47,498 nucleotides of DNA from Chloroflexota bacterium (GTDB taxonomy: Bacteria; Chloroflexota; Anaerolineae; Anaerolineales; UBA11858), in contig JBDRGC010000459.1 in assembly GCA_043818215.1 (NCBI GenBank), forward strand, positions 1 to 47,498. The letters run 5' to 3'. Below, piece by piece: positions 38,954 to 47,295 of this stretch; the first letter of the stretch is position 1; the number at the start of each line of letters is the position of its first letter. Under the pieces are notes generated by a model. It was not told the origin of the DNA. It did no database searches and saw only the letters and a list, made by a program, of their open reading frames with translations. The translations under genes were made by a program, and so were the position numbers.

Positions 38954-40048
38954 CTAAACAATAGCCAATCCTGAGAATGTGGCGAAGCCGCGTCCGTTGC
39001 GCATCCACATCTCTACGGGATGCTCGCGGATATAGCCGTGCCCGCCGAGGATTTGCACAGCCCGGTCGGTGACCATCATGCACGTATCCGCGGCGCCGCT
39101 CAAGGCCAGGTAGGCTTGCTTGCTGGCTTCTGCCATGCCTTTGTCCAGCATCCAGGCCGCCTCCCAAGCCAGCAGGCGGATAGCCTCGATTTCGGTACCC
39201 ATCTCAGCAATCATGAAAGCAATGGCCTGCTTTTGGGCCACCTTGACCCCGAAGACGTCGCGATCTTTGGCGTATGCCATAGAGTAGTCCAGGGCAGCTT
39301 TAGATACGCCGATGGCCATAGCCGCCAGCGCCACGTTTGAGGCAGCCAAAATGGGGGCAAATTCGTGCCCCTCCGGGCCGCCCAGGCGGTTCTCTTTGGG
39401 CACGCGCAGCCCTTCGAGTACGAGCGGGGACAGCGGCAAGGCGTTGAGACCCAGCAACTTCTGCCTTTCGCCAACTTCCAACCCTTCGGCATTCCCAGGA
39501 ACGATGAAACCCTGTGTACGCCCGTCCAATTGGGCATAGATAATCATAGCTTCGGCGTTGGGGGCAAATGGCACATAGGATTTTTTGCCGGTGAGCACAT
39601 AATCATCTCCATCGGCCTCGGCTATCGTTTTGAGATCGTTGGGGTCGAAATCGAAGCCAGGCTCCATCAGAGCGGCGGTATAAGGCTTCCACTCCATTTC
39701 GATGACCGGGGGGATGAATTTCTTCTTTTGTACTTCGCTGCCAGCCAGCAAAATGGGGGTGGCGAACAACCCGGGGGTCATCACTGCCAGCGCACCGGAG
39801 AGGTCGCCGTAGGCCATCTCTTCAGCAGCCAGCACTCCCGTCACGGCAGAGCGATCCCCAAAGCCATCATAGGCCTCAGGGGTAGAGGCCTGAAGATAGC
39901 CCAACTCCCAACCTTTCTCGATCAATTCGGGTGGCAATTGGCCTTCTTCGTCGGCGTCACGGGCGGCGGCGCGCAGATCATCCATAGCATAGCGCCTGAT
40001 GGCATCGACTAACATTTTTTGTTCTTCAGATGGTTCGAACGAATACAT
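38954..40048 (-). CDS. Acyl-CoA dehydrogenase family protein lacking the canonical C-terminal catalytic Glu
   Basis: 364 aa with an ACAD fold. The position aligned to YEG reads FSG (…RNGRGFATFSGLAIV*). AAGGAGG RBS. Confidence 0.8.
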   Translation of the reverse strand: MYSFEPSEEQKMLVDAIRRYAMDDLRAAARDADEEGQLPPELIEKGWELGYLQASTPEAYDGFGDRSAVTGVLAAEEMAYGDLSGALAVMTPGLFATPILLAGSEVQKKKFIPPVIEMEWKPYTAALMEPGFDFDPNDLKTIAEADGDDYVLTGKKSYVPFAPNAEAMIIYAQLDGRTQGFIVPGNAEGLEVGERQKLLGLNALPLSPLVLEGLRVPKENRLGGPEGHEFAPILAASNVALAAMAIGVSKAALDYSMAYAKDRDVFGVKVAQKQAIAFMIAEMGTEIEAIRLLAWEAAWMLDKGMAEASKQAYLALSGAADTCMMVTDRAVQILGGHGYIREHPVEMWMRNGRGFATFSGLAIV

Positions 40049-40070
40049 GGGGGGCCTCCTTATTTATAAA

Positions 40071-40215
40071 GCGTGATAAGTGAAACGTGATGCGGGGGTG
40101 CGGGGGTGCGGGGGTGCGGGGGTGCGGGGGTGCGGGGGTGCGGGGGTGCGGGGGTGCGGGAATATGTTATCACGTTTCGCGCTTCACGCTCCACGCTTCA
40201 CGTCTTCACGTTTCA
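40071..40215. repeat. 8-mer array TGCGGGGG (8 units, 40091-40160) flanked by inverted GTGAAAC-type arms
   Basis: Read directly. The left arm is gtgataagtgaaacgtgat and the right arm is atcacgtttcgcgcttcacg... The stop codon of the MBL gene lies in the right arm. Confidence 0.9.
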
Positions 40216-41258
40216 AGGCGATAGTAGCGGATCGGGACTGGCTCATCATCGTTTTTTAGATCGGCCAGGTTCGCGATCCCTATCAAACCACGTTGACATA
40301 AATACTCGATATGTGCGCCGGTTTCTTCCAATGCCAGCAGCACGTTATAACCATGAACTTCTCCAAACAATGACTGAGAGATTTCGGCAATGGTGTGAGG
40401 TTCGGCAAGCAAATCCAACACTTCCTGCAAACGCCGAACATGCGTATCCCGGATTGCATCGATGCGGGATGGCAGGTCAACGATGGGGGCGTTGTGGCCT
40501 CCCAGGGTCAGCCGGATGCCTTCGGCCCAGCCCCGGAGGGATTCCAGGGATGCCAGGTAATGCCCCAATCCGGTGTTCAACACCAATCGTTCGGGAGCCT
40601 GGTGCGGGCTGATGTCGGATAAAACGTGATCTCCACTGAACAACACGTCGTGCAGCCGGATGACGACCTGCCCCGCGCAGTGACCGGGAACGTGCAGCAT
40701 TTCGAACGGGCCGACCCGCATATCAACCGCCTCGTAGGTGAAATCAACCGGTACAGGGGTGTAATCGAGTTTGATCATCTTGTAAAGTTGGAGAAGCTCA
40801 CGCCGCCGCGGTGTCGAAATACCAGCCTCAGCCAAGAAAATTGCAAGCCGGTGGGCGACGATCGTCAAGCGTTCTTCCGCATTGGTCAGAATACGCAAAT
40901 CCAACTCGTGAACACCTACTTTCGCCACGCTGTTGGCCCGCACATGAGGCAAACCGCCAAAATGATCGATATGGCCGTGGGTGATCAACACATGGGTCAG
41001 GTTAGAAAAAGCAAGTGATACACCAAATTGCTCGCTCGCTTCCCGCAATCTAGCTTCCAAATGTTGATTGCTTGCCCCGAAGCCAGAGCCGGTATCAACC
41101 AAAACCTTGTATCCATCAACCAATACCAGATAAGCGTAGGCCCAAAAACCAGGGAAGGCTTCGACGGGTAATTGGAAGATACTCGCTCCACGATCTGTCT
41201 CGAACCGCTGCACACTGTGGTTTGCCGCCGGCTGGCTAACTGAGAGATCAAACCTCAT
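40206..41258 (-). CDS. MBL-fold metallo-hydrolase
   Basis: THGHIDHFGG (HxHxDH). I chose the start at the ATG at 41258 (GGGAGGG RBS). Overlaps the tetR stop. Confidence 0.85.
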   Translation of the reverse strand: MRFDLSVSQPAANHSVQRFETDRGASIFQLPVEAFPGFWAYAYLVLVDGYKVLVDTGSGFGASNQHLEARLREASEQFGVSLAFSNLTHVLITHGHIDHFGGLPHVRANSVAKVGVHELDLRILTNAEERLTIVAHRLAIFLAEAGISTPRRRELLQLYKMIKLDYTPVPVDFTYEAVDMRVGPFEMLHVPGHCAGQVVIRLHDVLFSGDHVLSDISPHQAPERLVLNTGLGHYLASLESLRGWAEGIRLTLGGHNAPIVDLPSRIDAIRDTHVRRLQEVLDLLAEPHTIAEISQSLFGEVHGYNVLLALEETGAHIEYLCQRGLIGIANLADLKNDDEPVPIRYYRLET

Positions 41259-41829
41259 TATCGCCCTCCCGAACCAACAGGCCATTTAAAATCAATTCGG
41301 CAAATTGGTCGGCAATCTCAGCAGCCGACAACGGGCCATCTGGACGATACCAGGTAATCATCCAACTCATCACACCCAATAGAGAGCGGGTCGCCACAGC
41401 TACATCCTGGCAGGTAAACTGCCCGTCATCAACGCCCATTTGAATCAAATCCCGCCACAACTGCTCGAAGCGATCGCGGCGGGGAATATGACGGGCACGT
41501 AGTTCTGGCTCGAGGGAACGATACTCGAATAAGAAGATAGCAGCCAATTCGCGGTCATCGGCCAGGGTCTGCAAGTAAGCGCACATGGCCAAGCGCAGTT
41601 TTTCGTCAGGCGGCGCCGGCAGACTAGAAACTTCGCTTAGTTTTTCGATGACCAAATCCAGGGCCATATCCGACAAAGCCACGAGAATTTCCTGCTTGCT
41701 GGAAACATGATGGTATAGGCTGGCTTTCTGCAAATTAACCGCGCTGGCAATATCTTGCATCGAAGTGGCATGGAACCCCTTTTGACTGAATATTCGAGCC
41801 GCAGCTTCCAGAATTTTCTCACGCGTCAT
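41248..41829 (-). CDS. TetR/AcrR family transcriptional regulator
   Basis: HTH region FSQKGFHATSMQDIASAVNLQKASLYHHV. I chose the start at the ATG at 41829 (AGGAGA RBS). Confidence 0.9.
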   Translation of the reverse strand: MTREKILEAAARIFSQKGFHATSMQDIASAVNLQKASLYHHVSSKQEILVALSDMALDLVIEKLSEVSSLPAPPDEKLRLAMCAYLQTLADDRELAAIFLFEYRSLEPELRARHIPRRDRFEQLWRDLIQMGVDDGQFTCQDVAVATRSLLGVMSWMITWYRPDGPLSAAEIADQFAELILNGLLVREGDNEV

Positions 41830-41847
41830 GCTGTCTCCTTGCACTCC

Positions 41848-41865
41848 CTACCGACCGTTCGGTAG
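41848..41865. promoter_or_regulatory. Candidate TetR operator palindrome CTACCGA-ccgt-TCGGTAG
   Basis: Perfect 7-bp arms, located between the predicted -10 and the tetR RBS. Confidence 0.5.
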
Positions 41866-41869
41866 TTGA

Positions 41870-41898
41870 AGTGTAACAAATTAAGGCGTGCAAGTCAA
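41870..41898 (-). promoter_or_regulatory. Candidate promoter of the tetR / beta-oxidation cluster (TTGACT-17-TACACT)
   Basis: Minus strand: ttgact at 41898-41893, 17-nt spacer, tacact at 41875-41870. Confidence 0.45.
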
Positions 41899-41941
41899 GA
41901 AAATGAGTGTGCTGGAATAGCTTCGTCCAATCATCGAGATG

Positions 41942-42231
41942 GGTGGTTTCATTTGATTTGGAGTAAGGCATTTCGCCGGTTGAGCGGTGTCCTGAGTTCA
42001 TCGAAGGGTAGCCGATGCTTTTCTGGCGTATACGTACCCCAAAGGGACAAGTGTGCAAGCACTGCGCACTTGCGCCGCACTGCAAGTGCAGGTGTCGAAA
42101 CCCAGAAATGTCGCTTTGACCAAGTAATATCGCTTGATTTCGATACTGTACCTGAGTTCGGTGCAGGTATACAGGCGACGAAAAACATATTGCCCACTCA
42201 ATCAGCGCTTTCAACTGAAATGAAACACACC
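41942..42231. mobile_element. Composite element: a copy of the 3135-3208 MITE family carrying a 208-bp insertion of the 16.8-kb element family
   Basis: The ends GGTGGTTTCATTTGATTTGGA ... TCAACTGAAATGAAACACACC align with the reverse complement of 3135-3208. The insert at 41978-42185 is bracketed by catttcgcc / catattgcc. Confidence 0.6.
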
Positions 42232-42244
42232 CAATTGAGATGAT

Positions 42245-42272
42245 ATAAAAGCCCGGCAAAAATCTGCCGGGC
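42245..42272 (-). terminator. Intrinsic terminator after the cyclase / PT-rich gene pair
   Basis: Minus strand: GCCCGGCA-gatttt-TGCCGGGC followed by TTTTAT. Confidence 0.7.
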
Positions 42273-42318
42273 AAAGTGATGTGGGTTTTTGGAAATTTCC
42301 GTGAAGCTGAGGAATCTG

Positions 42319-43053
42319 CTAAGGGTAAGCGGTTGGCGGAGGTGGATAAGGTTTTGTTGTATTTGTGGGATGGGGTATGTTCGTCGGCGGATTGGAGGTG
42401 TTTGTCGGCGGATTGGAGGTGTTTGTCGGCGGGTTTGGGGTATTCGTCGGCGGGTTTGGGGTATTCGTCGGCGGCTTGGGAGTATTCGTCGGTGGCTTGG
42501 GAGTATTCGGCTGCGGCTTGGGAGTATTCGTCAGCGGCTTGGGAGTGTTCGTAGGTTGGGGCACCTTCGTTGAGCCAGACGTACTTGTAGGTTTAGGCGT
42601 TTGCGTCACCGCGCGTGTATTCGTCAAACTGGGAGTTTCCGTCATCACCGTCGTTTGCGGAGTGACTGTGATCAATGGAGATGTAGTTCCTGTAAGAGTT
42701 GGGGGGGACGTCGCGGTGGCTGTAGCGGACTTGCCTGGATGCGTAGACGTTGCCGTAGAAGCCGACGCGGTCGGTGACTCCGGTGAAGGTGTTTCTCGTA
42801 CCTCGCTCCTCTGCCTCTTGATAATCTCGAAATCTGACAGTGCCGCGCGAATAATTCCCCAATCCAGTAGCTGCCGAAAGGCTATAAGGTCAATGCTGTA
42901 ATCCGCAGGTTCCAGGGGAGGTATCGGCTGGAGTGGCCGGTCTAATGGATGCGCAAAGACAAGTGAATATGCCCCCAAAACGATCCCTAAACCCAAAATA
43001 GCGGTTACGGTGATGGTGGCGATCCAAACGACAGTATTACGTATAGGCTTCAC
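42319..43053 (-). CDS. Single-pass membrane protein with a long Pro/Thr/Asn-rich repetitive tail
   Basis: N-terminal TM segment (VVWIATITVTAILGLGIVLGAY). 21-nt coding repeats (PPTNT[PS][KN]). GTG start overlapping the cyclase stop (GTGA). Confidence 0.65.
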   Translation of the reverse strand: MKPIRNTVVWIATITVTAILGLGIVLGAYSLVFAHPLDRPLQPIPPLEPADYSIDLIAFRQLLDWGIIRAALSDFEIIKRQRSEVRETPSPESPTASASTATSTHPGKSATATATSPPTLTGTTSPLITVTPQTTVMTETPSLTNTRAVTQTPKPTSTSGSTKVPQPTNTPKPLTNTPKPQPNTPKPPTNTPKPPTNTPNPPTNTPNPPTNTSNPPTNTSNPPTNIPHPTNTTKPYPPPPTAYP

Positions 43054-45140
43054 GCTGCACTTCTTTTTCCTTCCTGGATGGTGTTTTCGGACGATTCGTC
43101 CAAGGACTCGATTTCAAGTCTGAATATCTTGTCTGGCGAAAGACCAAACCCATCGATCAAAATCTGCCCCACAGCTTGCACATTCTCTGATGCGAACTCA
43201 AGCCAATCGCATACGACCGGAAGTTCGAACTGCAAAGCTTCAGCGATTATCTGAGGAGAGTATGACAAGCAATACAAGTAACCAGCCATCAACACGCTCA
43301 TCTTTGGATACCGCTCTTTATCGAAAATATCTAAATCCGGTGGAATAAATTCAGTTGATCCCAAGATGGCATAAATCGGTACTGATTTTTCCTTACCTTT
43401 TAGAGAAACGTCGCTTATGTATCGAAACTCAACTTCTAACTTATCTTTGACGGCCTCCACCCCACTGACCGGAATTAATAGAGGCGTATGTGGATATTGT
43501 CGAGACACGTTTTGCAAACGGGCAGCAATATTGACAACATCGCCAATCACGGTATACGTAAATCGATCTTCCGAACCAATATTCCCCGCAACAACCGGCC
43601 CCGAATTGATCCCAATTCCAAATCTGATGGGAAATAAACCGCTCTGAATCCGGTGGGCGTTCAATTCGGTCACACCGCGCCAAATATCTATGGCTGCAAG
43701 GATTGCTTGTTGAATGGTCTCTTCCAGCGGGTGTTCAATAGGAGCGCCAAAAACAGCCAAGACACTGTCTCCACCAAAATGATTTACTCCACCGTGATGC
43801 TTGTGTGTGGCTGTTGTAACAATATTGAAAAACTGATTCAAAAGCGCGACTACCTCCTCAGGTGACATTTTCTCCGACATGGAGGTAAATCCACGCACGT
43901 CGGTAAATAAAATCGTCACATCCCGCATTTCTCCACCGAGCACGACCTGGTTCTGCAGCACCGCCTCACGCACATCTTCAGATACCATCCGCCCAAACAT
44001 TTCACGGATGAATTCTCGTTGCTGCAGATCCACAACCATACGATTGAAACCTCTCGTAAGCTGCCCAATTTCATCTTCCGCCTGAACATCCACGTGAACG
44101 TCAAGGTTGCCAGTGCCCACCTGCTGCGAAGCATTCAACAGCCGGAACACGGGGCCGGCAATCAATTGAGCGACCACAACGCCGAGGCCAATCAAAGCTA
44201 AAATACCCACCGCAAAAATGGTGATTAGCTGCCATGTTGTTGGGCCTTGAGACTCACTAACCAGAGATTCAGGAAGGGCTACACCCAGGAACCAGCCAGA
44301 TGGCTGCCCGCGTAAAGATAGGTCTACGACAGCCTCGATATAGCCGCGCTGGTTGATACTCACTTCTCGGGCCAGCAGAGCTTCCTCAGCGTCCGGCAAA
44401 CCACTCCGCAGTTCATCATCCAAACTATCCAGCGCAGCTACATCTAATGTCGAGACGAGTGCTTCGCCTGATGAATTGTATAGCGTTGTATTGGCAATGC
44501 CCAGCTTGGAAAGTTCGAATATCATTTTTGATACGGGAGTTCCGATCAGCAATATGCCCTGTAGGCCTTCTTCTGTTCGAATGGGGCCAACAGTATAGAT
44601 AGCCAATCCCCAGGGCGTCTCAATGATATCGACATACTTGTCTCCCATGTCATCGCTTTCGCCCGCCAACACAGCGCGGACAGAGGGCCACTCGAGATAA
44701 GATGCCGTCTCATTCTCCCTATATTCGGATGTCCCCTCGATCCGATGCCAGGTGGCAAGCGGGGCGCCATCGCTTCCTAAAATATCCACAAAATACAATT
44801 GATCGTTGACAATGTGAGGAAAAACTAACGTTCGCAGTGCATCGATATCTTGATCAACCACTGCATCGGGAACCCCCATCGTAAATGCTATTGTACGGAG
44901 CATATATAAATGCGCAGCTTCTACGTCCACCACCCCTTCGCTCACCCGGATAGAGGCATCTTCTAACTGGCTGCGAAATCTATCTTCCAATGTCGATACA
45001 AAAGAGCGTCCTACAAGGTATGTTGCCAGTCCTGCCAGCAATGAGGCAACAATAAGATATGGTATCGCTATCTTGAAACGCAGAGGCAAGGAAAGCAGAA
45101 AGCTCAGTATCGAGCGCTTTGGTTCGCTTCTTTCATTCAT
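43050..45140 (-). CDS. Membrane-bound class III adenylate/guanylate cyclase with an extracytoplasmic sensor region and a HAMP domain
   Basis: Two TM segments flank about 270 aa. HAMP domain (GPVFRLLNASQQV...EIGQLTRGFNRMV). Cyclase core (VTILFTDVRGFT...GDSVLAVFGAP...GINSGPVVAGNIG). I chose the start at the ATG at 45140 (GAAGGA RBS). Confidence 0.85.
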   Translation of the reverse strand: MNERSEPKRSILSFLLSLPLRFKIAIPYLIVASLLAGLATYLVGRSFVSTLEDRFRSQLEDASIRVSEGVVDVEAAHLYMLRTIAFTMGVPDAVVDQDIDALRTLVFPHIVNDQLYFVDILGSDGAPLATWHRIEGTSEYRENETASYLEWPSVRAVLAGESDDMGDKYVDIIETPWGLAIYTVGPIRTEEGLQGILLIGTPVSKMIFELSKLGIANTTLYNSSGEALVSTLDVAALDSLDDELRSGLPDAEEALLAREVSINQRGYIEAVVDLSLRGQPSGWFLGVALPESLVSESQGPTTWQLITIFAVGILALIGLGVVVAQLIAGPVFRLLNASQQVGTGNLDVHVDVQAEDEIGQLTRGFNRMVVDLQQREFIREMFGRMVSEDVREAVLQNQVVLGGEMRDVTILFTDVRGFTSMSEKMSPEEVVALLNQFFNIVTTATHKHHGGVNHFGGDSVLAVFGAPIEHPLEETIQQAILAAIDIWRGVTELNAHRIQSGLFPIRFGIGINSGPVVAGNIGSEDRFTYTVIGDVVNIAARLQNVSRQYPHTPLLIPVSGVEAVKDKLEVEFRYISDVSLKGKEKSVPIYAILGSTEFIPPDLDIFDKERYPKMSVLMAGYLYCLSYSPQIIAEALQFELPVVCDWLEFASENVQAVGQILIDGFGLSPDKIFRLEIESLDESSENTIQEGKRSAA

Positions 45141-45489
45141 AGTCTGTCCTTCAACTGACGAGCAAACGTATCTTCGCAATAACATGAAGAAAAGGTGGGT
45201 TCATAACAACAATTCCCGGCATGGAGATGCGTTTCATTTTGTGTTAGCATGTAGACGGGATTTTCATATCCCGCAGCATCGAGATATGGAAATCTCGGCT
45301 ACTTTGCCAGTCAAACCGGGAATTGCTGAACAAGCTATGCAATGTTCATACCTATTATAAATGAAACAATCATCCACAAATCCAGCCTTGCATGTTTGAT
45401 AAGTATATTAGGCTATGCGCGACAGAACTGCGCGCTCGGCGTGCAGTTCTATTTCTCATCTCTATCAGAACTCGATTCTAACAGGCAGG

Positions 45490-45825
45490 TTATGAGGCCG
45501 GAGCAAGTTGACGCCGCTGCGTGTTCCGGGTGAAAAACTGAATAACCAGGCCCACAACGCCCACCAAAGAAATCAATCCCCGGATGCCTGTGATGATCAT
45601 CAATAGACCACCAAGTATCCCCCCGGCGACCAGTAGGCCGTTGGAAACTTTTTGGGGAAGGAGAGCCGAGACAAGTTGTATTTCCCTGGTCGCCAACCGG
45701 CTGCGCAGATCACTCACAAATTCCGGGCGAGGTGACACCTGCTGAAAAGTGGCTGCCAATTGTGTTTCCAAAAACTTCAATTCTTGGCCCAAATTATGAT
45801 CGGGTCTTCGTCTAAATAGTTTCAT
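45490..45825 (-). CDS. Small membrane protein, possibly anti-sigma-like
   Basis: 111 aa from the ATG at 45825 (AAGGA RBS). The cytoplasmic N-terminus has SPRPEFVSDLRSRL, wording common in anti-sigma factors. C-terminal TM segments. No zinc-finger motif. Confidence 0.5.
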   Translation of the reverse strand: MKLFRRRPDHNLGQELKFLETQLAATFQQVSPRPEFVSDLRSRLATREIQLVSALLPQKVSNGLLVAGGILGGLLMIITGIRGLISLVGVVGLVIQFFTRNTQRRQLAPAS

Positions 45826-45832
45826 AATGCAC

Positions 45833-46684
45833 CTATCCTTCTGTAACCGGGTAGGCGACAATTCCCACTGTACCTGGCCCCAAGTTAGCAGCAATACCGA
45901 TAGAAAGTTCTGTGAACATCACATGCTTGCAATTCAACACAGTACGCACTCGCTCCAACAATTCCCTTCCCGTTTTGGGATCTCTTGCATGGACGACAGC
46001 TGCGTTCACTAATTGGTCCCCAACACACTCATGTATCGCCTCCAAAATTCGCTTTATGGATCGGCGACGAGTCCGCACCTTTTCCGACATATCCAAAATG
46101 CCATCTCGCAAAACGATGATAGGCTTCACGTTCAAGACCGATGCCAGGGCCGCCTGTAAAGCTTTCACCCGTCCACTCATTCGAGCGTAGTCCAGAGTGT
46201 CCAGAGTTAAAATGATCTCCGTTTTACTGCGAATGAACGACAATCGATCTAGAATCTTATGCAAGGGAGCGCCGTTCTGTTCCATCTCGTTGGCTTCGCG
46301 GCACATGTATCCCTGGATAGCCGAACCTCCCCCGGAGTCAAACGGAATCACGTTGAATTCATCATCCACCTCACGAGCCGCGATTTCTGCCGAGGCATAA
46401 GTCCCGGAAAGTTTTCTGGTTAAGTGGATCGAAAGAATCGTGTCTCCGAGATCGGCAATCCGCCTGTAGAACTCCACAAACTGGTGAGGGGTAGGCTGAG
46501 ATGTTTTTGGAATGGTGCCACTCTCATCTACGAGCCGATAAAAGCCCTCATTGGTCAGGTTTACACCTTGAAGGAACGCTTGCTCTCCAAAGTGGATATT
46601 TATGGGGATCACCTGAATATCAAATTTCTCGATCCAATTTTGGGGCATATCCCCACCGCTATCCGTTGCAATACGTAGCATCAT
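45833..46684 (-). CDS. DegV family fatty-acid-binding protein
   Basis: 283 aa. IATDSGGD at the N-terminus, TSQPTP and the DegV/EDD fold pattern. Starts 5 nt after the sigma stop. Confidence 0.85.
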   Translation of the reverse strand: MMLRIATDSGGDMPQNWIEKFDIQVIPINIHFGEQAFLQGVNLTNEGFYRLVDESGTIPKTSQPTPHQFVEFYRRIADLGDTILSIHLTRKLSGTYASAEIAAREVDDEFNVIPFDSGGGSAIQGYMCREANEMEQNGAPLHKILDRLSFIRSKTEIILTLDTLDYARMSGRVKALQAALASVLNVKPIIVLRDGILDMSEKVRTRRRSIKRILEAIHECVGDQLVNAAVVHARDPKTGRELLERVRTVLNCKHVMFTELSIGIAANLGPGTVGIVAYPVTEG

Positions 46685-46689
46685 TTTCG

Positions 46690-47295
46690 TTATCCTTTAC
46701 CGTTGGATTGTAATGCTTCGGCTTGACACTCTTCACGCAAAGCTAACAGCGTTCGATGATAAAGACTTTTTATTGCGCCTTCCGTACGTCCCATAATACG
46801 ACCAATCTCAGCATTGGGGAGATGTTCGACAAACTTGAGAATCAGCAATTGTTGACGCTCCGGCGGTAACCGGCGGACGACCCGCAAGAGGCTCTCCTGT
46901 TCCTCGGTTTTCAGAATCGCCGATTCAGGCTGCTCACCTGTATATCGGACGATAAAACTATCATCCAGCGGGATTTCGCGCCGGCGGCTGTTATCACGAT
47001 ACCAGTTGGCTACCAGGTTATGAGCAATCCGGTACAACCAGGCAGAGATGGGCAGCCCGCGATTCTGATAATTCCCAATATGCCGCATAGCGCGGTAAAA
47101 AACGCGGGCGGTCAGATCTTCAGCATCATGTTGGTTAGTAGTACGATAGTATATATAATTGAAAATTCGGCCTACATAGCGCTCATAGAGCACCCCAAAG
47201 GCCTCCTGATCCCCTAGTGCAATTCGAGCCAGCACTTCGTCATCCGAGATATTTACGATATTACTCATTTGTTCAAATAGGGGATTACTTGACAT
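46690..47295 (-). CDS. ECF-type RNA polymerase sigma-70 family factor
   Basis: Region 2 (DAEDLTARVFYRA...AWLYRIAHNLV) and region 4 (LPPERQQLLILKFVEHLPNAEIGRIMGRTEGAIKSLYHRTL). Confidence 0.9.
   Translation of the reverse strand: MSSNPLFEQMSNIVNISDDEVLARIALGDQEAFGVLYERYVGRIFNYIYYRTTNQHDAEDLTARVFYRAMRHIGNYQNRGLPISAWLYRIAHNLVANWYRDNSRRREIPLDDSFIVRYTGEQPESAILKTEEQESLLRVVRRLPPERQQLLILKFVEHLPNAEIGRIMGRTEGAIKSLYHRTLLALREECQAEALQSNGKG

Noticed and set aside
38727-39167. ORFs 38727-39167 and 38734-38949 (minus) and 40106-40612 (plus) with ESANQRI or GCGGAGVR repeats
   Set aside because: These are translations of the GATTCGY and TGCGGGGG arrays fused to out-of-frame parts of neighbouring genes.
42276-42901. 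Plus-strand ORFs (42276-42554, 42289-42573, 42365-42901) antisense to the PT-rich gene
   Set aside because: The repeats are open on both strands. I chose the minus strand because it supplies an N-terminal TM helix, overlaps the cyclase stop in a GTGA coupling, and is followed by a minus-strand terminator. The choice remains unproven.
45424-45452. Hairpin AGAACTGC...GCAGTTCT downstream of the small membrane protein gene as a terminator
   Set aside because: There is no T-run on the minus strand after the stem, and only a weak T-rich stretch on the plus strand where no gene ends.
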